Assembly (NCBI GenBank): GCA_002396205.1
Contig: DGXB01000098.1
Span: 11,819 to 75,818, forward strand
Length of the DNA stretch: 64,000 nucleotides
Source: Bacteroidales bacterium UBA4243
Lineage (GTDB): Bacteria > Bacteroidota > Bacteroidia > Bacteroidales > F082
Reading direction: 5' to 3'
In this document: piece by piece, positions 9,100 to 17,535 of the stretch
Numbering within the stretch: position 1 is the first letter of the stretch
Layout of the letters: each line of letters begins with the position of its first letter
Translations under genes and position numbers: made by a program
The notes under the pieces: model-generated
The model's database searches: none
Told to the model about the DNA's origin: nothing
What the model saw: the letters and a program-made list of their open reading frames with translations, nothing else

Positions 9100-10146
9100 C
9101 TATCCTACCGACCCTCTTCCTTCCGCCGCCATCGTTGCAGGCATTTCATTCTGCATATAGGCCACTGGAGCGGGTTGCTTGCGGCGGATGAGGATACGCG
9201 CATAAGTTTCCTTGTTGTTGATCGTAAACCGATGTCCGTATTTCGGATTATCTTCCACATATCTATCCAAACCCATGATTTCAAACTGTTCAGGATTGTA
9301 TTTATCCAAAAACGTTATCGGTACACCCATCACGCCATAGTAATCCATTGGGATTTCAGCCGTTTTATCAACATTGATGGCATCATAATTGTCATATTTT
9401 GAATATTCTTCAGGATTATAGGTTTTAAAAAGAATCAAATCCTCGTGTCTCTCTTTATAATCCATATTTGTAAACCATCTTACACCTTTCACACGTATGA
9501 ATTTATTACCGTTATCATCTTCACGACAACCAGCAGCATTCAATGGATAATCTTTCGGAACTCCAAATTCTCTGTCTCCGCTATGAATGCTTGCCCCCAA
9601 CCATAGCTTGTTTGCCTTTATCAATTGGAAAGTCTCTTTATAGGAGACTGCATTCACATTACCGATAATCAAGAAAGATTTCTCGTACTTTATCAATACC
9701 TCAAGGAACTCCCTAAACAGCGAAAACGGCGGATTGGTCACCACAATGTCGGCCTCTTGCAGCAGCTCAACACATTCCTGCGAGCGGAAATCGCCATCAC
9801 CCTTGAAGTAATGGATGCCAATCTCCTCAGGGTCGGGCACACGATTGCCGTTGCGGTCGCCATAATACTCCAACCAAATCGCCTGCTCGGCATCGTTTTG
9901 GCTGAAAAGGTCACGGTTTTGGTTCTTGTAGCAAGTGGTGATCAACTTCTTCAGCCCCAATTGCTCAAAGTTGTAGCTAAAATAATGGAAAAAGTTGCTC
10001 ACGCGCGGGTCGTCGCAGTTGCAAAGCACCGTCTTTCCCTTGAAATGCGCCTTGTAATGCTTCAGTTCGTTCTCAATATCAACGAGTTGTGTATAAAACT
10101 CATCCTTTTTGGCGTTCTTCGCCTGGTTCAGGTTTTTGTTTGCCAT
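9100..10146 (-). CDS. N6-adenine DNA methyltransferase, EcoRI-methylase-like family
   Basis: 348 aa with an N-terminal KDEFYT motif, CNCDDP, and the catalytic NPPF in VVTNPPFSLF. The gene is visibly AT-richer than the flanking housekeeping genes. Confidence 0.8.
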   Translation of the reverse strand: MANKNLNQAKNAKKDEFYTQLVDIENELKHYKAHFKGKTVLCNCDDPRVSNFFHYFSYNFEQLGLKKLITTCYKNQNRDLFSQNDAEQAIWLEYYGDRNGNRVPDPEEIGIHYFKGDGDFRSQECVELLQEADIVVTNPPFSLFREFLEVLIKYEKSFLIIGNVNAVSYKETFQLIKANKLWLGASIHSGDREFGVPKDYPLNAAGCREDDNGNKFIRVKGVRWFTNMDYKERHEDLILFKTYNPEEYSKYDNYDAINVDKTAEIPMDYYGVMGVPITFLDKYNPEQFEIMGLDRYVEDNPKYGHRFTINNKETYARILIRRKQPAPVAYMQNEMPATMAAEGRGSVG

Positions 10147-10221
10147 CGTGATTGACAGTTTTTCGCACGGCTATCAATCACTTTTTCGGACAAAAAGAAA
10201 GGTGCAGGCCTTTCTATCGCA

Positions 10222-10331
10222 TTCACGGGGAGCGTCGGTGAACCCCGCTACCCTACTAGAAACTGCCCACACCTTAAACAGTGTGAGCATCAACTCTATG
10301 TAGGGTAACGGAGCTTTAACGCTTCCGTGAA
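10222..10331 (-). ncRNA. Candidate structured RNA: 110-nt rod-like hairpin in the 5' leader of the methyltransferase gene
   Basis: The minus strand reads ttcacgg-a-agcg-ttaaagct-ccgttaccctac-a-taga-gttgat-gctcacac-tgtttaag-gtgtgggc-agtt-tcta-gtagggtagcgg-ggttcaccga-cgct-cc-ccgtgaa. The stems are 7+4+12+4+8 bp. The non-Watson-Crick positions in the 12-bp and 8-bp stems are G.U on the minus strand and would be C.A on the plus strand. Confidence 0.5.
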
Positions 10332-10470
10332 ATTGCTTTTATCCGATTTTTCAAATCAAGAGTTTCCGACGCTTTTGTTTTGAATGCGAATAATAGCTAA
10401 TGCTTTGGTTTATACTATGTTAATTATTCTCTATTTTTATCTCTAACGATACTTTGGTCTTTATTTGGCG

Positions 10471-10478
10471 CAAAGATA
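10471..10478 (-). promoter_or_regulatory. -7 box TATCTTTG (methyltransferase operon, long leader)
   Basis: This is the only TAnnTTTG match I found on the minus strand upstream of ATG 10146. It implies a leader of about 320 nt containing the 10222-10331 hairpin. Confidence 0.4.
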
Positions 10479-10537
10479 GCGTATTTTTCTGATATTCGCA
10501 TTACAAATTCATAAAACCAATCTCCCTATCAATACTA

Positions 10538-10635
10538 TTTCTTCCATGAAAGAAGAATTTCAAGTTTTTCAAGAAAGTTTCTTCTATAAAAGAAATAATT
10601 CCTATTTTTGCAGAGAATTTCTTCTATAAAAGAAA
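10538..10635 (+). promoter_or_regulatory. Three palindromic TTTCTT-N6-AAGAAA sites bracketing the AAA/DUF4143 promoter (candidate operators)
   Basis: tttcttccatgaaagaag is at 10538-10555. Two identical 18-mers tttcttctataaaagaaa lie at 10578-10595 and 10618-10635. They sit either side of the -7 box TATTTTTG (10603-10610), and the last ends 6 nt before ATG 10642. Confidence 0.5.
10603..10610 (+). promoter_or_regulatory. -7 box TATTTTTG (AAA/DUF4143 gene)
   Basis: TAnnTTTG match, 31 nt before ATG 10642. Confidence 0.5.
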
Positions 10636-10641
10636 AACATT

Positions 10642-11850
10642 ATGGAAAACATCATTAGAAAACACTATATCAATAAGATAGAAAGATGTTTTGGCAAGGA
10701 AACCATCATTGTATTGACTGGCCAAAGACGTGTAGGTAAAAGTTTCTTACTAAGGCAATTACGCGATATAAAGCTGAACGAGGCCAACACCAATGTCATC
10801 TACATCGACAAGGAGAAAAGGGAGTTCGATTCCATCCAAACCTATCGGGAACTCAACGACCACATAGAGAGCCACTATCAAAAAGGGAAGAAAAACTACA
10901 TCTTTATTGATGAAATTCAAGACATTGAGGAATTTGAGCGCAGTATTAGAAGCTACCAAACAGAACCCGACGCAGAAATCGTCATCACAGGAAGCAACGC
11001 CAAGATGTTGAGCAACGAGTTGAGCACGCTCATCGGAGGACGATACAAAGAGATTTACATCCAATCGCTCAGCTACCAAGAGTTCCTCATTTTCCACAAC
11101 CTTACCGACAGTGACGATGCTTTGTCGCAATACATCCAATTCGGAGGTTTGCCCGGCCTCGTAAAAATCGGCCTTGAGGAAGACGATGCCCGCGAATATC
11201 AAATGGACATATACCACACCGTGCTCTTGAAAGACGTCATCATGCGTAACAAGATCCGCAATGTGACTTTTTTGGAAAATCTCGTGCGTTTTATTGCCGA
11301 CAACGCTGGCAAACTCATTTCGGCCAACAGCATTGCCAAGTTCATGAAGTCGCAAGGCGAAAACATCACTTCCACCGTGGTTTCCAATTACATCAACTAT
11401 CTCACGGAAGCCTACATCATCCACAAGGTGAACCGTTTCAACATCCATGGAAAACGCTTGTTTGAGAGCAACGACAAATACTATTTCGAGGATCACGGCA
11501 TCCGCAACGCATTGGCAGGAGGAAGTCGAGAAGGCGACATTGAAAAAGTGATTGAAAACATCATCTATCAACACCTTATTCATTTAGGCTACAGCGTGAC
11601 CGTTGGCCAACTGCAAGCAGGCGAGATTGATTTTGTATGTACGGCAAAAAATGGACGACGTTGCTACATCCAAGCGTCCTTCATCATTGCTGACGAAACC
11701 ACCCGCGAGCGCGAGTTTGGCAATCTACGAGCCATCAAGGACAACTATCCGAAATATGTGATTTCGATGACACCTCTCGTCACCCGGAACGACGACAACG
11801 GCATCACCCACCTTCATTTGCGGAAGTTTCTGATGGAAGGATTGGGATAA
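10642..11850 (+). CDS. AAA+ ATPase with C-terminal DUF4143 (AAA_14/DUF4143 family)
   Basis: 402 aa with Walker A GQRRVGKS and Walker B YIFIDEIQ. The C-terminal GEIDFVCT...YIQASF resembles the restriction-endonuclease-like DUF4143 module. Confidence 0.8.
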   Translation: MENIIRKHYINKIERCFGKETIIVLTGQRRVGKSFLLRQLRDIKLNEANTNVIYIDKEKREFDSIQTYRELNDHIESHYQKGKKNYIFIDEIQDIEEFERSIRSYQTEPDAEIVITGSNAKMLSNELSTLIGGRYKEIYIQSLSYQEFLIFHNLTDSDDALSQYIQFGGLPGLVKIGLEEDDAREYQMDIYHTVLLKDVIMRNKIRNVTFLENLVRFIADNAGKLISANSIAKFMKSQGENITSTVVSNYINYLTEAYIIHKVNRFNIHGKRLFESNDKYYFEDHGIRNALAGGSREGDIEKVIENIIYQHLIHLGYSVTVGQLQAGEIDFVCTAKNGRRCYIQASFIIADETTREREFGNLRAIKDNYPKYVISMTPLVTRNDDNGITHLHLRKFLMEGLG

Positions 11851-11855
11851 AACAC

Positions 11856-11863
11856 TACCTTTG
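11856..11863 (+). promoter_or_regulatory. -7 box TACCTTTG (transglutaminase lipoprotein)
   Basis: TAnnTTTG match, 16 nt before ATG 11880. Confidence 0.5.
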
Positions 11864-11879
11864 CACAAAATATTTCATC

Positions 11880-14441
11880 ATGAAAAACACCATTTTTACC
11901 ACCATCATCCTTGCCGCGCTGGTCGTCGTTGGCTGCAAGGAAGAACCAAAACAAACCTCATTCGACGAACAAGAGGCCTTGGAATTCCTCTACGCCTACA
12001 TGCCGCTCGGCGACAGCGTGGACTACTCGGAAGACTACTACCGCGAGTGCATCCATTATGCTTTCTTGGCCAAGCAAGAGCTGCCCTGGGGCGCAAACAT
12101 CCCCGAGCGCGAATTCAAACACTTCGTGGTGCCCGTGCGCGTCAACAACGAAGGCCTCGACCGCTTCCGCGCCACCTATTATGAAGAGCTGAAAAACAGA
12201 GTCAAGGACTTGCCGCTCAAAGATGCCGTCCTCGAAGTGAACCATTGGTGCCACGAGCACGTCAACTACAAGGGCAGCGACAGCCGCACCAGCGCCCCGA
12301 TGGCCACCATCAAGACCTCGTGGGGACGCTGCGGTGAGGAATCGACGCTCTTGGTAACCGCCTTGCGCACCGTGGGCATTCCTGCGCGACAAGTTTACAC
12401 GCCCCGCTGGGCTCACTGCGACGACAACCACGCTTGGGTGGAGGCTTGGGTGGACGGACAATGGCATTTCCTCGGCGCCTGCGAGCCTGAGCCAGTGCTC
12501 GACCTCGGCTGGTTCAACCTGCCGGCTTCGCGCACCTTATTATTACATACGCGCGTCTTCGGCGACTACGATGGCCCGGAAGAAGTCATCAGCCGCACCC
12601 GTAACTTCACGGAAATCAACGTGGTGGACAACTATGGCAAGACTGCCAAAACAACCTTCACCGTCGTCGACGAAAACGGACAGCCGCAAGGCAACCTGCC
12701 TGTTGAGTTCAAGATTTACAACTACGCCGAATTCTGCACCGTCGTCACGAAAACCACGGATGCCAACGGCCAGACCTGGCTCACTTCGGGTTTGGGCACT
12801 ATGATGGCTTACGCCTCAAAAGACGGCAAGTTTGGTTTCGAGGTCTTCAAGGCGGGCGAGAAAGACAACGTCACCATCACCCTCAACCATGACAAGAACG
12901 CGACGGAATCCTTCGAGTTCGACATGGTACCTCCTGCCCCGACCAGCGTCTTGCCTGAAGTGACACCCGAAATGCGTGCCGAAAACGACCGTCGCATCAC
13001 CTACGAAGACTCGCTGCGCAACGCCTACATCGCCAACTGCAAGAAAGCCCAGATGAATTTGATCATGAACACGGGCAACAAAAAACTTTGCAGCATCTAC
13101 GAGAAGACCTGGGGCAACTACCAAACCATCGCCGACTTCGTGAGCTATGCCCAAAGCAAAAACCAGGAAATCAAGGCCGTGGAATTGCTGAGCAACATCA
13201 CTGACAAAGACTTGCGCGATGTCACCCTTGAAGTACTGAAAGACCATTTCGACCACACGCCCGACCTCACTTCTTCGGTCGTTTCGATGCCCGTGGAGCA
13301 TTATGCACAATACATCCTCAGTCCGCGCATCAGCAACGAGAACCTTGGGGCCTTCCGCAAAACCTTCACCGAGTTCTTCAACCCGACCGAAGCACAGCAA
13401 TACCACGACAATCCCATGCTTTTGGCCGACTGGGTGTGCCAAAACATCACAGTTGACGACGAGCTTAATCCGCAGCGCATCCCGATTTCGCCCCTCGGCG
13501 TTCTGAAAGCCCGCAAGGCCGACCGCCACTCGCGCGACATCTTCTTCGTGGCCATGGCCCGCAGTTTGGGCATCGCGGCGCAAGTCAACCCTGTGAATGG
13601 CAACGTGCAGTATTTCGATGGCAGCCAATGGCAAAATGTACAATTCGAAAAAGAGGCCACAAGCGTCTTTGGGACAGGCTATCTCGACATACAATATGCG
13701 CCCATTACTTCTGTGGCCGACCCGAAGTATTACACCCATTTCAGCATCAAGAAGTTTGACGGAAAGAGTTTCCGCCTCTTAGCCTACGATGCCAAAGACC
13801 CTGGCATCGACGACGGCATGATGCTTTCGACATTCGAGAAACCAACGCCCTTGGACGAAGGCATATATATCCTCACTGCCGGAACACGCCTTGAGGACGG
13901 TACTGCACTGACCCACAGCCAGTTCTTCACCATCAAGGCGGGCGAAACGACGCAAGTCGACCTCGTTTTGCGCCAACCCGACAATGAGCTTCGCGTCGTC
14001 GGCAGTTTTTACGCCGACAGCAAATTCACCGACCTTGAAACGGGCGAAGTGGGCAACGCCAAACAGCTTATCAAAGACAACTACTTCATCCTCGGCCTTT
14101 TGGACCAAGGCAGCGAGCCTACCACCCACGCCATGCAAGACATCGCCGCTTTCCGCAAGGACTTTGAAGACAGCAACCTGCCCATCATCTTCATTTTCAG
14201 CAATCAGGAAGATTACGACAAGTTCAAACTGAAGAATTTCAGCGAGTTGCCAGAAGGCATCGTTTACGGCATCGACGACGGCACCATCCATGACGAACTC
14301 ATGGAAGGCTTGAAACTCGACAACGACAGCCGTCCCATCTTCATCATCGGCAACGCCAACAGCGAGGTAGTGTTTGTGAAACAAGGCTACACCATCGGCC
14401 TCGGCGAGCAGTTGCTGAAGACGATAGCGAAATTGCAATAA
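11880..14441 (+). CDS. Transglutaminase-domain lipoprotein with thioredoxin-like C-terminal domain
   Basis: 853 aa. The lipoprotein signal is ILAALVVVGC. The transglutaminase core is WGRCGEESTL...DDNHAWVEAWVDGQWHF. The C-terminal ~150 aa follow a TlpA-like spacing but lack CxxC. Confidence 0.8.
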   Translation: MKNTIFTTIILAALVVVGCKEEPKQTSFDEQEALEFLYAYMPLGDSVDYSEDYYRECIHYAFLAKQELPWGANIPEREFKHFVVPVRVNNEGLDRFRATYYEELKNRVKDLPLKDAVLEVNHWCHEHVNYKGSDSRTSAPMATIKTSWGRCGEESTLLVTALRTVGIPARQVYTPRWAHCDDNHAWVEAWVDGQWHFLGACEPEPVLDLGWFNLPASRTLLLHTRVFGDYDGPEEVISRTRNFTEINVVDNYGKTAKTTFTVVDENGQPQGNLPVEFKIYNYAEFCTVVTKTTDANGQTWLTSGLGTMMAYASKDGKFGFEVFKAGEKDNVTITLNHDKNATESFEFDMVPPAPTSVLPEVTPEMRAENDRRITYEDSLRNAYIANCKKAQMNLIMNTGNKKLCSIYEKTWGNYQTIADFVSYAQSKNQEIKAVELLSNITDKDLRDVTLEVLKDHFDHTPDLTSSVVSMPVEHYAQYILSPRISNENLGAFRKTFTEFFNPTEAQQYHDNPMLLADWVCQNITVDDELNPQRIPISPLGVLKARKADRHSRDIFFVAMARSLGIAAQVNPVNGNVQYFDGSQWQNVQFEKEATSVFGTGYLDIQYAPITSVADPKYYTHFSIKKFDGKSFRLLAYDAKDPGIDDGMMLSTFEKPTPLDEGIYILTAGTRLEDGTALTHSQFFTIKAGETTQVDLVLRQPDNELRVVGSFYADSKFTDLETGEVGNAKQLIKDNYFILGLLDQGSEPTTHAMQDIAAFRKDFEDSNLPIIFIFSNQEDYDKFKLKNFSELPEGIVYGIDDGTIHDELMEGLKLDNDSRPIFIIGNANSEVVFVKQGYTIGLGEQLLKTIAKLQ

Positions 14442-14446
14442 AAAAC

Positions 14447-14474
14447 GTAGAGACGCGCCATGGCACGTCTCCAC
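14447..14474. repeat. 28-bp palindromic repeat family, copy 3
   Basis: gtagagacgcgcca|tggcacgtctccac has two mismatches. It lies between the convergent transglutaminase-lipoprotein and infB stops. Confidence 0.85.
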
Positions 14475-14497
14475 GAAATTCTTTGAAACAGAATCGC

Positions 14498-17491
14498 CTA
14501 CAGTTTGCGGGCGATTTCTTTTTCGGTATAGCCTTCGATGATGTCGCCGACCTTGATGTCGTTGAAGTTCTCGATGTTCAAGCCGCAGTCCATGCCGGCG
14601 CTGACCTCCTTCACGTCGTCCTTGTAACGCTTCAGGGAGCCAAGCAAGCCCGTGTAGACCACGATGCCGTCGCGGATGACACGAATCTTGGTGTTGCGGG
14701 TGATCTTGCCGTCCAAGACCATGCAGCCGGCGATGGTGCCGACCTTGCTAATCTTGAAGGTCTCGCGGATTTCGAGGTTGCAGGTGACCACCTCCTCGAT
14801 TTCGGGGGCCAACATACCTTCGATAGCAGCCTTGATTTCCTCGATGGCGGTGTAGATAATAGAATAAAGACGTATGTCTATCTTCTCCTGCTCAGCCATC
14901 TTACGGGCGCCGGCGGTAGGACGCACGTTGAAGCCCACGATGACCGCATTGGAAGCCGAAGCCAACATGATATCGGACTCGCTGATAGCACCCACCGACT
15001 TGTGGATCACATTGACCTGCACCTCTTCGGTGGAGAGCTTCAGCAGGCTGTCGGACAAAGCCTCTACGGAACCATCCACGTCGGCCTTGACGATGATGTT
15101 CAATTCCTTGAAGTCGCCAATGGCGATGCGGCGTCCGATTTCGTCCAAGGTGATGTGCGGACTGGTGCGGCGCGTTTGTTCGCGTTGCAGCTGTTCACGA
15201 CGGTTGGCGATGGCTTTCACCTCGCGTTCGTCGGTCATCACGTTGAAACCGTCGCCAGGCATGGGAGCGCCATTCAAGCCGAGGAGCAACACCGGCGTTG
15301 ACGGGCCGGCCTCCTTGACGGGACGGTTGTGGTCGTCGAACATAGCCTTCACCTTACCATAGGTGGTGCCAGCCAGCACCATGTCGCCGATACGCAAGGT
15401 GCCGTTTTGCACCAGGATCTTGGCCACATAACCACGACCCTTATCCAAAGCCGACTCGATGACGGTGCCCTTGGCCAAACGGTTCGGGTTGGCCTTCAAA
15501 TCGAGGAACTCGGCCTCAAGCAACACCTTTTCAAGCAGTGCATCGACGTTGAGACCAATCTTGGCAGCGATTTCCTGCTCTTGGTATTTGCCGCCCCAAC
15601 TTTCGACCAGAATATTCATCTTAGCCAACTGCTCACGAATCTTGTCGGGATTGGCGGTAGGCTTATCAATCTTGTTGAGTGCAAACACGATAGGAACACC
15701 AGCGGCTTGCGCGTGGTTGATGGCTTCGACGGTTTGCGGCATCACGTTGTCGTCGGTGGCGATGACGATGATGGCTACGTCGGTGATCTTGGCACCACGA
15801 GCACGCATGGCCGTAAAGGCCTCGTGGCCAGGCGTATCCAAGAAGGTGATCTTCTTGCCACTCTCGGTCGTAACCTCGTAGGCACCGATGTGCTGGGTGA
15901 TACCACCAGCCTCACCGGCCACCACGTTGGTGTTACGGATGTAGTCCAAAAGTTTGGTCTTACCGTGGTCGACGTGACCCATGACGGTGACGACCGGTGC
16001 GCGGGGCACGAGGTCCTCTTCCCTATCCACCTCATCGGTCTCGGCGATGGCCTCTTGCACATCGGCACTGACGAAGTCGACTTGGAAGCCGAACTCCTCG
16101 GCTACCACAGTCAAGGCTTCAGCATCGAGGCGCTGGTTGATGGACACGGGCATACCGAGGCTCATGCAGGTGCCGATGACCTTCACCACGGGCACGCCCA
16201 TCATGGTGGCCAACTCGTTGGCGGTGACGAACTCTGTCACCTTCAAGACCTTCTTGTCCTCCTCCTGGCGCATCATCTCCTCCATCATGTTGCCCGCCAC
16301 CTGCTGACGCTTCTCGCGGCGGTGCTTCGAGGTCTTCGACTTGCCCATGGGGGCGAGGCGTGCCAAGGTATCCTTGATTTGCTTCGAGATTTCCTCGTCG
16401 CTCATCTCTGGTTTCTCTTCGCGTTTGGCTTTACGGTCTTTCTTGCTCGGCTTCGGGCTGTCCTTGGGGGCTTTCTTACCGCCTTGGTCGGCGGGTTTCT
16501 GTCCGCCGCCCTTGCCTTGCTGCTGCTTGCCACCGTCTTGTTTCTTTCCGCCGCCAGCGTTGACGTTCGGGCCGGTCGGGTTCTCCGACGAGCCTTCGGG
16601 CTTGCCGCCCATGATACGCTTGCGTTTCTTCTTCTTGGAGTCGCCCCTGCCGCTTTTCTTCTCGACGGGCAGTTCGAGCGTGCCCAGAACAGTCGGACCC
16701 GTCAGTTTGGGAGCTTCCAGCTTGATGACCCTCGGCTCAGTGGGCTTTTCCTCTTTCTTGGCAGGCTCCACCTTCTTGGGCTGTTGCTGCTGTTGCTTCT
16801 TCTCCTGCGGCTTGGGCTGCTGTTGCTGAGGCTTCTTCTCCTGGGGCTTGGCAGGCTGTTTTTCCTGCTTCTTCTCTTTCTTTTTCTCTTCTTTCTTGCC
16901 TTTATCGCGAGGTTTGGGATCGAGGTCGATTTGGCCAAGGATCTTCAGGCCAAGACCCGATTCCTTCTCCTCTTTCTTCTCTTCCACAGGCTTCTCAGGC
17001 TCAGCGGGCTTTTCAGGCTCGGCAGGCTTTTCGACCACTTCGGTCTCCACAGGTTCCACTTCCGCCTTAGGTTCCGGCTGTTTCTCCTCTTCCTTGGGCT
17101 GCTGTTCCTGCGCCTCTACCTTTTCGGGTTCGGGAGCCGGAGCCGGTTTGGGAGTCTTCTTCACGGGCGAAGATATGGTATTCGAGCGAATGATTACCTC
17201 CTCATGATCTTCTTCCTCAGCGACTTTTTGCGATTGCAATGCCGAATCAACGGAAACACTACCACCCTTGTAAGAGAGGTTACCCAATTTCATGGCCTCA
17301 TTCTTCACTTCCTTCTCGCCCTGATATTCCTTCACGAGCAGCGCATACATGTCAGCCGTGAGCTTCGTGTTGGGTGAAGGATCCACCTGGAAGCCTTTCT
17401 TGGCTAAGTATTCCACGATGGTGTCCTTACCCACATTGAATTCTTTCGCCGCTTTCGACAATCGAATTGAAAAATTAGTTTCTTCGGACAT
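14498..17491 (-). CDS. infB: Translation initiation factor IF-2
   Basis: 997 aa. The N-terminal region is low-complexity and K/E/P/Q-rich. The GTPase has [17 protein letters not shown] and NKID, and the C-terminal domains are typical of IF-2. Confidence 0.97.
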   Translation of the reverse strand: MSEETNFSIRLSKAAKEFNVGKDTIVEYLAKKGFQVDPSPNTKLTADMYALLVKEYQGEKEVKNEAMKLGNLSYKGGSVSVDSALQSQKVAEEEDHEEVIIRSNTISSPVKKTPKPAPAPEPEKVEAQEQQPKEEEKQPEPKAEVEPVETEVVEKPAEPEKPAEPEKPVEEKKEEKESGLGLKILGQIDLDPKPRDKGKKEEKKKEKKQEKQPAKPQEKKPQQQQPKPQEKKQQQQQPKKVEPAKKEEKPTEPRVIKLEAPKLTGPTVLGTLELPVEKKSGRGDSKKKKRKRIMGGKPEGSSENPTGPNVNAGGGKKQDGGKQQQGKGGGQKPADQGGKKAPKDSPKPSKKDRKAKREEKPEMSDEEISKQIKDTLARLAPMGKSKTSKHRREKRQQVAGNMMEEMMRQEEDKKVLKVTEFVTANELATMMGVPVVKVIGTCMSLGMPVSINQRLDAEALTVVAEEFGFQVDFVSADVQEAIAETDEVDREEDLVPRAPVVTVMGHVDHGKTKLLDYIRNTNVVAGEAGGITQHIGAYEVTTESGKKITFLDTPGHEAFTAMRARGAKITDVAIIVIATDDNVMPQTVEAINHAQAAGVPIVFALNKIDKPTANPDKIREQLAKMNILVESWGGKYQEQEIAAKIGLNVDALLEKVLLEAEFLDLKANPNRLAKGTVIESALDKGRGYVAKILVQNGTLRIGDMVLAGTTYGKVKAMFDDHNRPVKEAGPSTPVLLLGLNGAPMPGDGFNVMTDEREVKAIANRREQLQREQTRRTSPHITLDEIGRRIAIGDFKELNIIVKADVDGSVEALSDSLLKLSTEEVQVNVIHKSVGAISESDIMLASASNAVIVGFNVRPTAGARKMAEQEKIDIRLYSIIYTAIEEIKAAIEGMLAPEIEEVVTCNLEIRETFKISKVGTIAGCMVLDGKITRNTKIRVIRDGIVVYTGLLGSLKRYKDDVKEVSAGMDCGLNIENFNDIKVGDIIEGYTEKEIARKL

Positions 17492-17535
17492 AGTTTCTTT
17501 CTCTTTGTTTCTCGTTTACTGTTTATTACAACGCC

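Noticed and set aside
10109-10303. 64-aa plus-strand ORF overlapping the methyltransferase start and the structured leader.
   Set aside because: It has no promoter box or conserved motifs and overlaps the methyltransferase start codon region. The sequence is better explained by the minus-strand RNA hairpin.
11861-12192. Arg-rich alternative-frame ORFs (107 aa and 93 aa) at the 5' end of the transglutaminase lipoprotein gene.
   Set aside because: They are out-of-frame overlaps of a well-supported gene, and their composition (R/P/A-rich) is typical of frame-shifted coding sequence.
16700-17150. Tandem nucleotide repeats inside infB encoding [14 protein letters not shown] and [14 protein letters not shown]. 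Similar K/E/P-rich tracts occur in ftsK (about 49200-49700), tonB (about 53280-53480) and the zinc-ribbon protein (about 61720-61990).
   Set aside because: These are in-frame low-complexity linkers typical of these protein families. They are possibly length-variable but are not independent genetic elements.
15329-17377. 682-aa plus-strand ORF antisense to infB. Similar long antisense ORFs occur at 17548-18780, 24006-25127, 31723-32787, 38349-39365, 46111-47526 and 53843-55081.
   Set aside because: Each lies entirely inside a strongly supported housekeeping gene on the other strand. Their translations are low-complexity (G/V/L/H/D/A-rich) with no recognisable motifs. Long stop-free antisense frames are expected in coding DNA of this composition.
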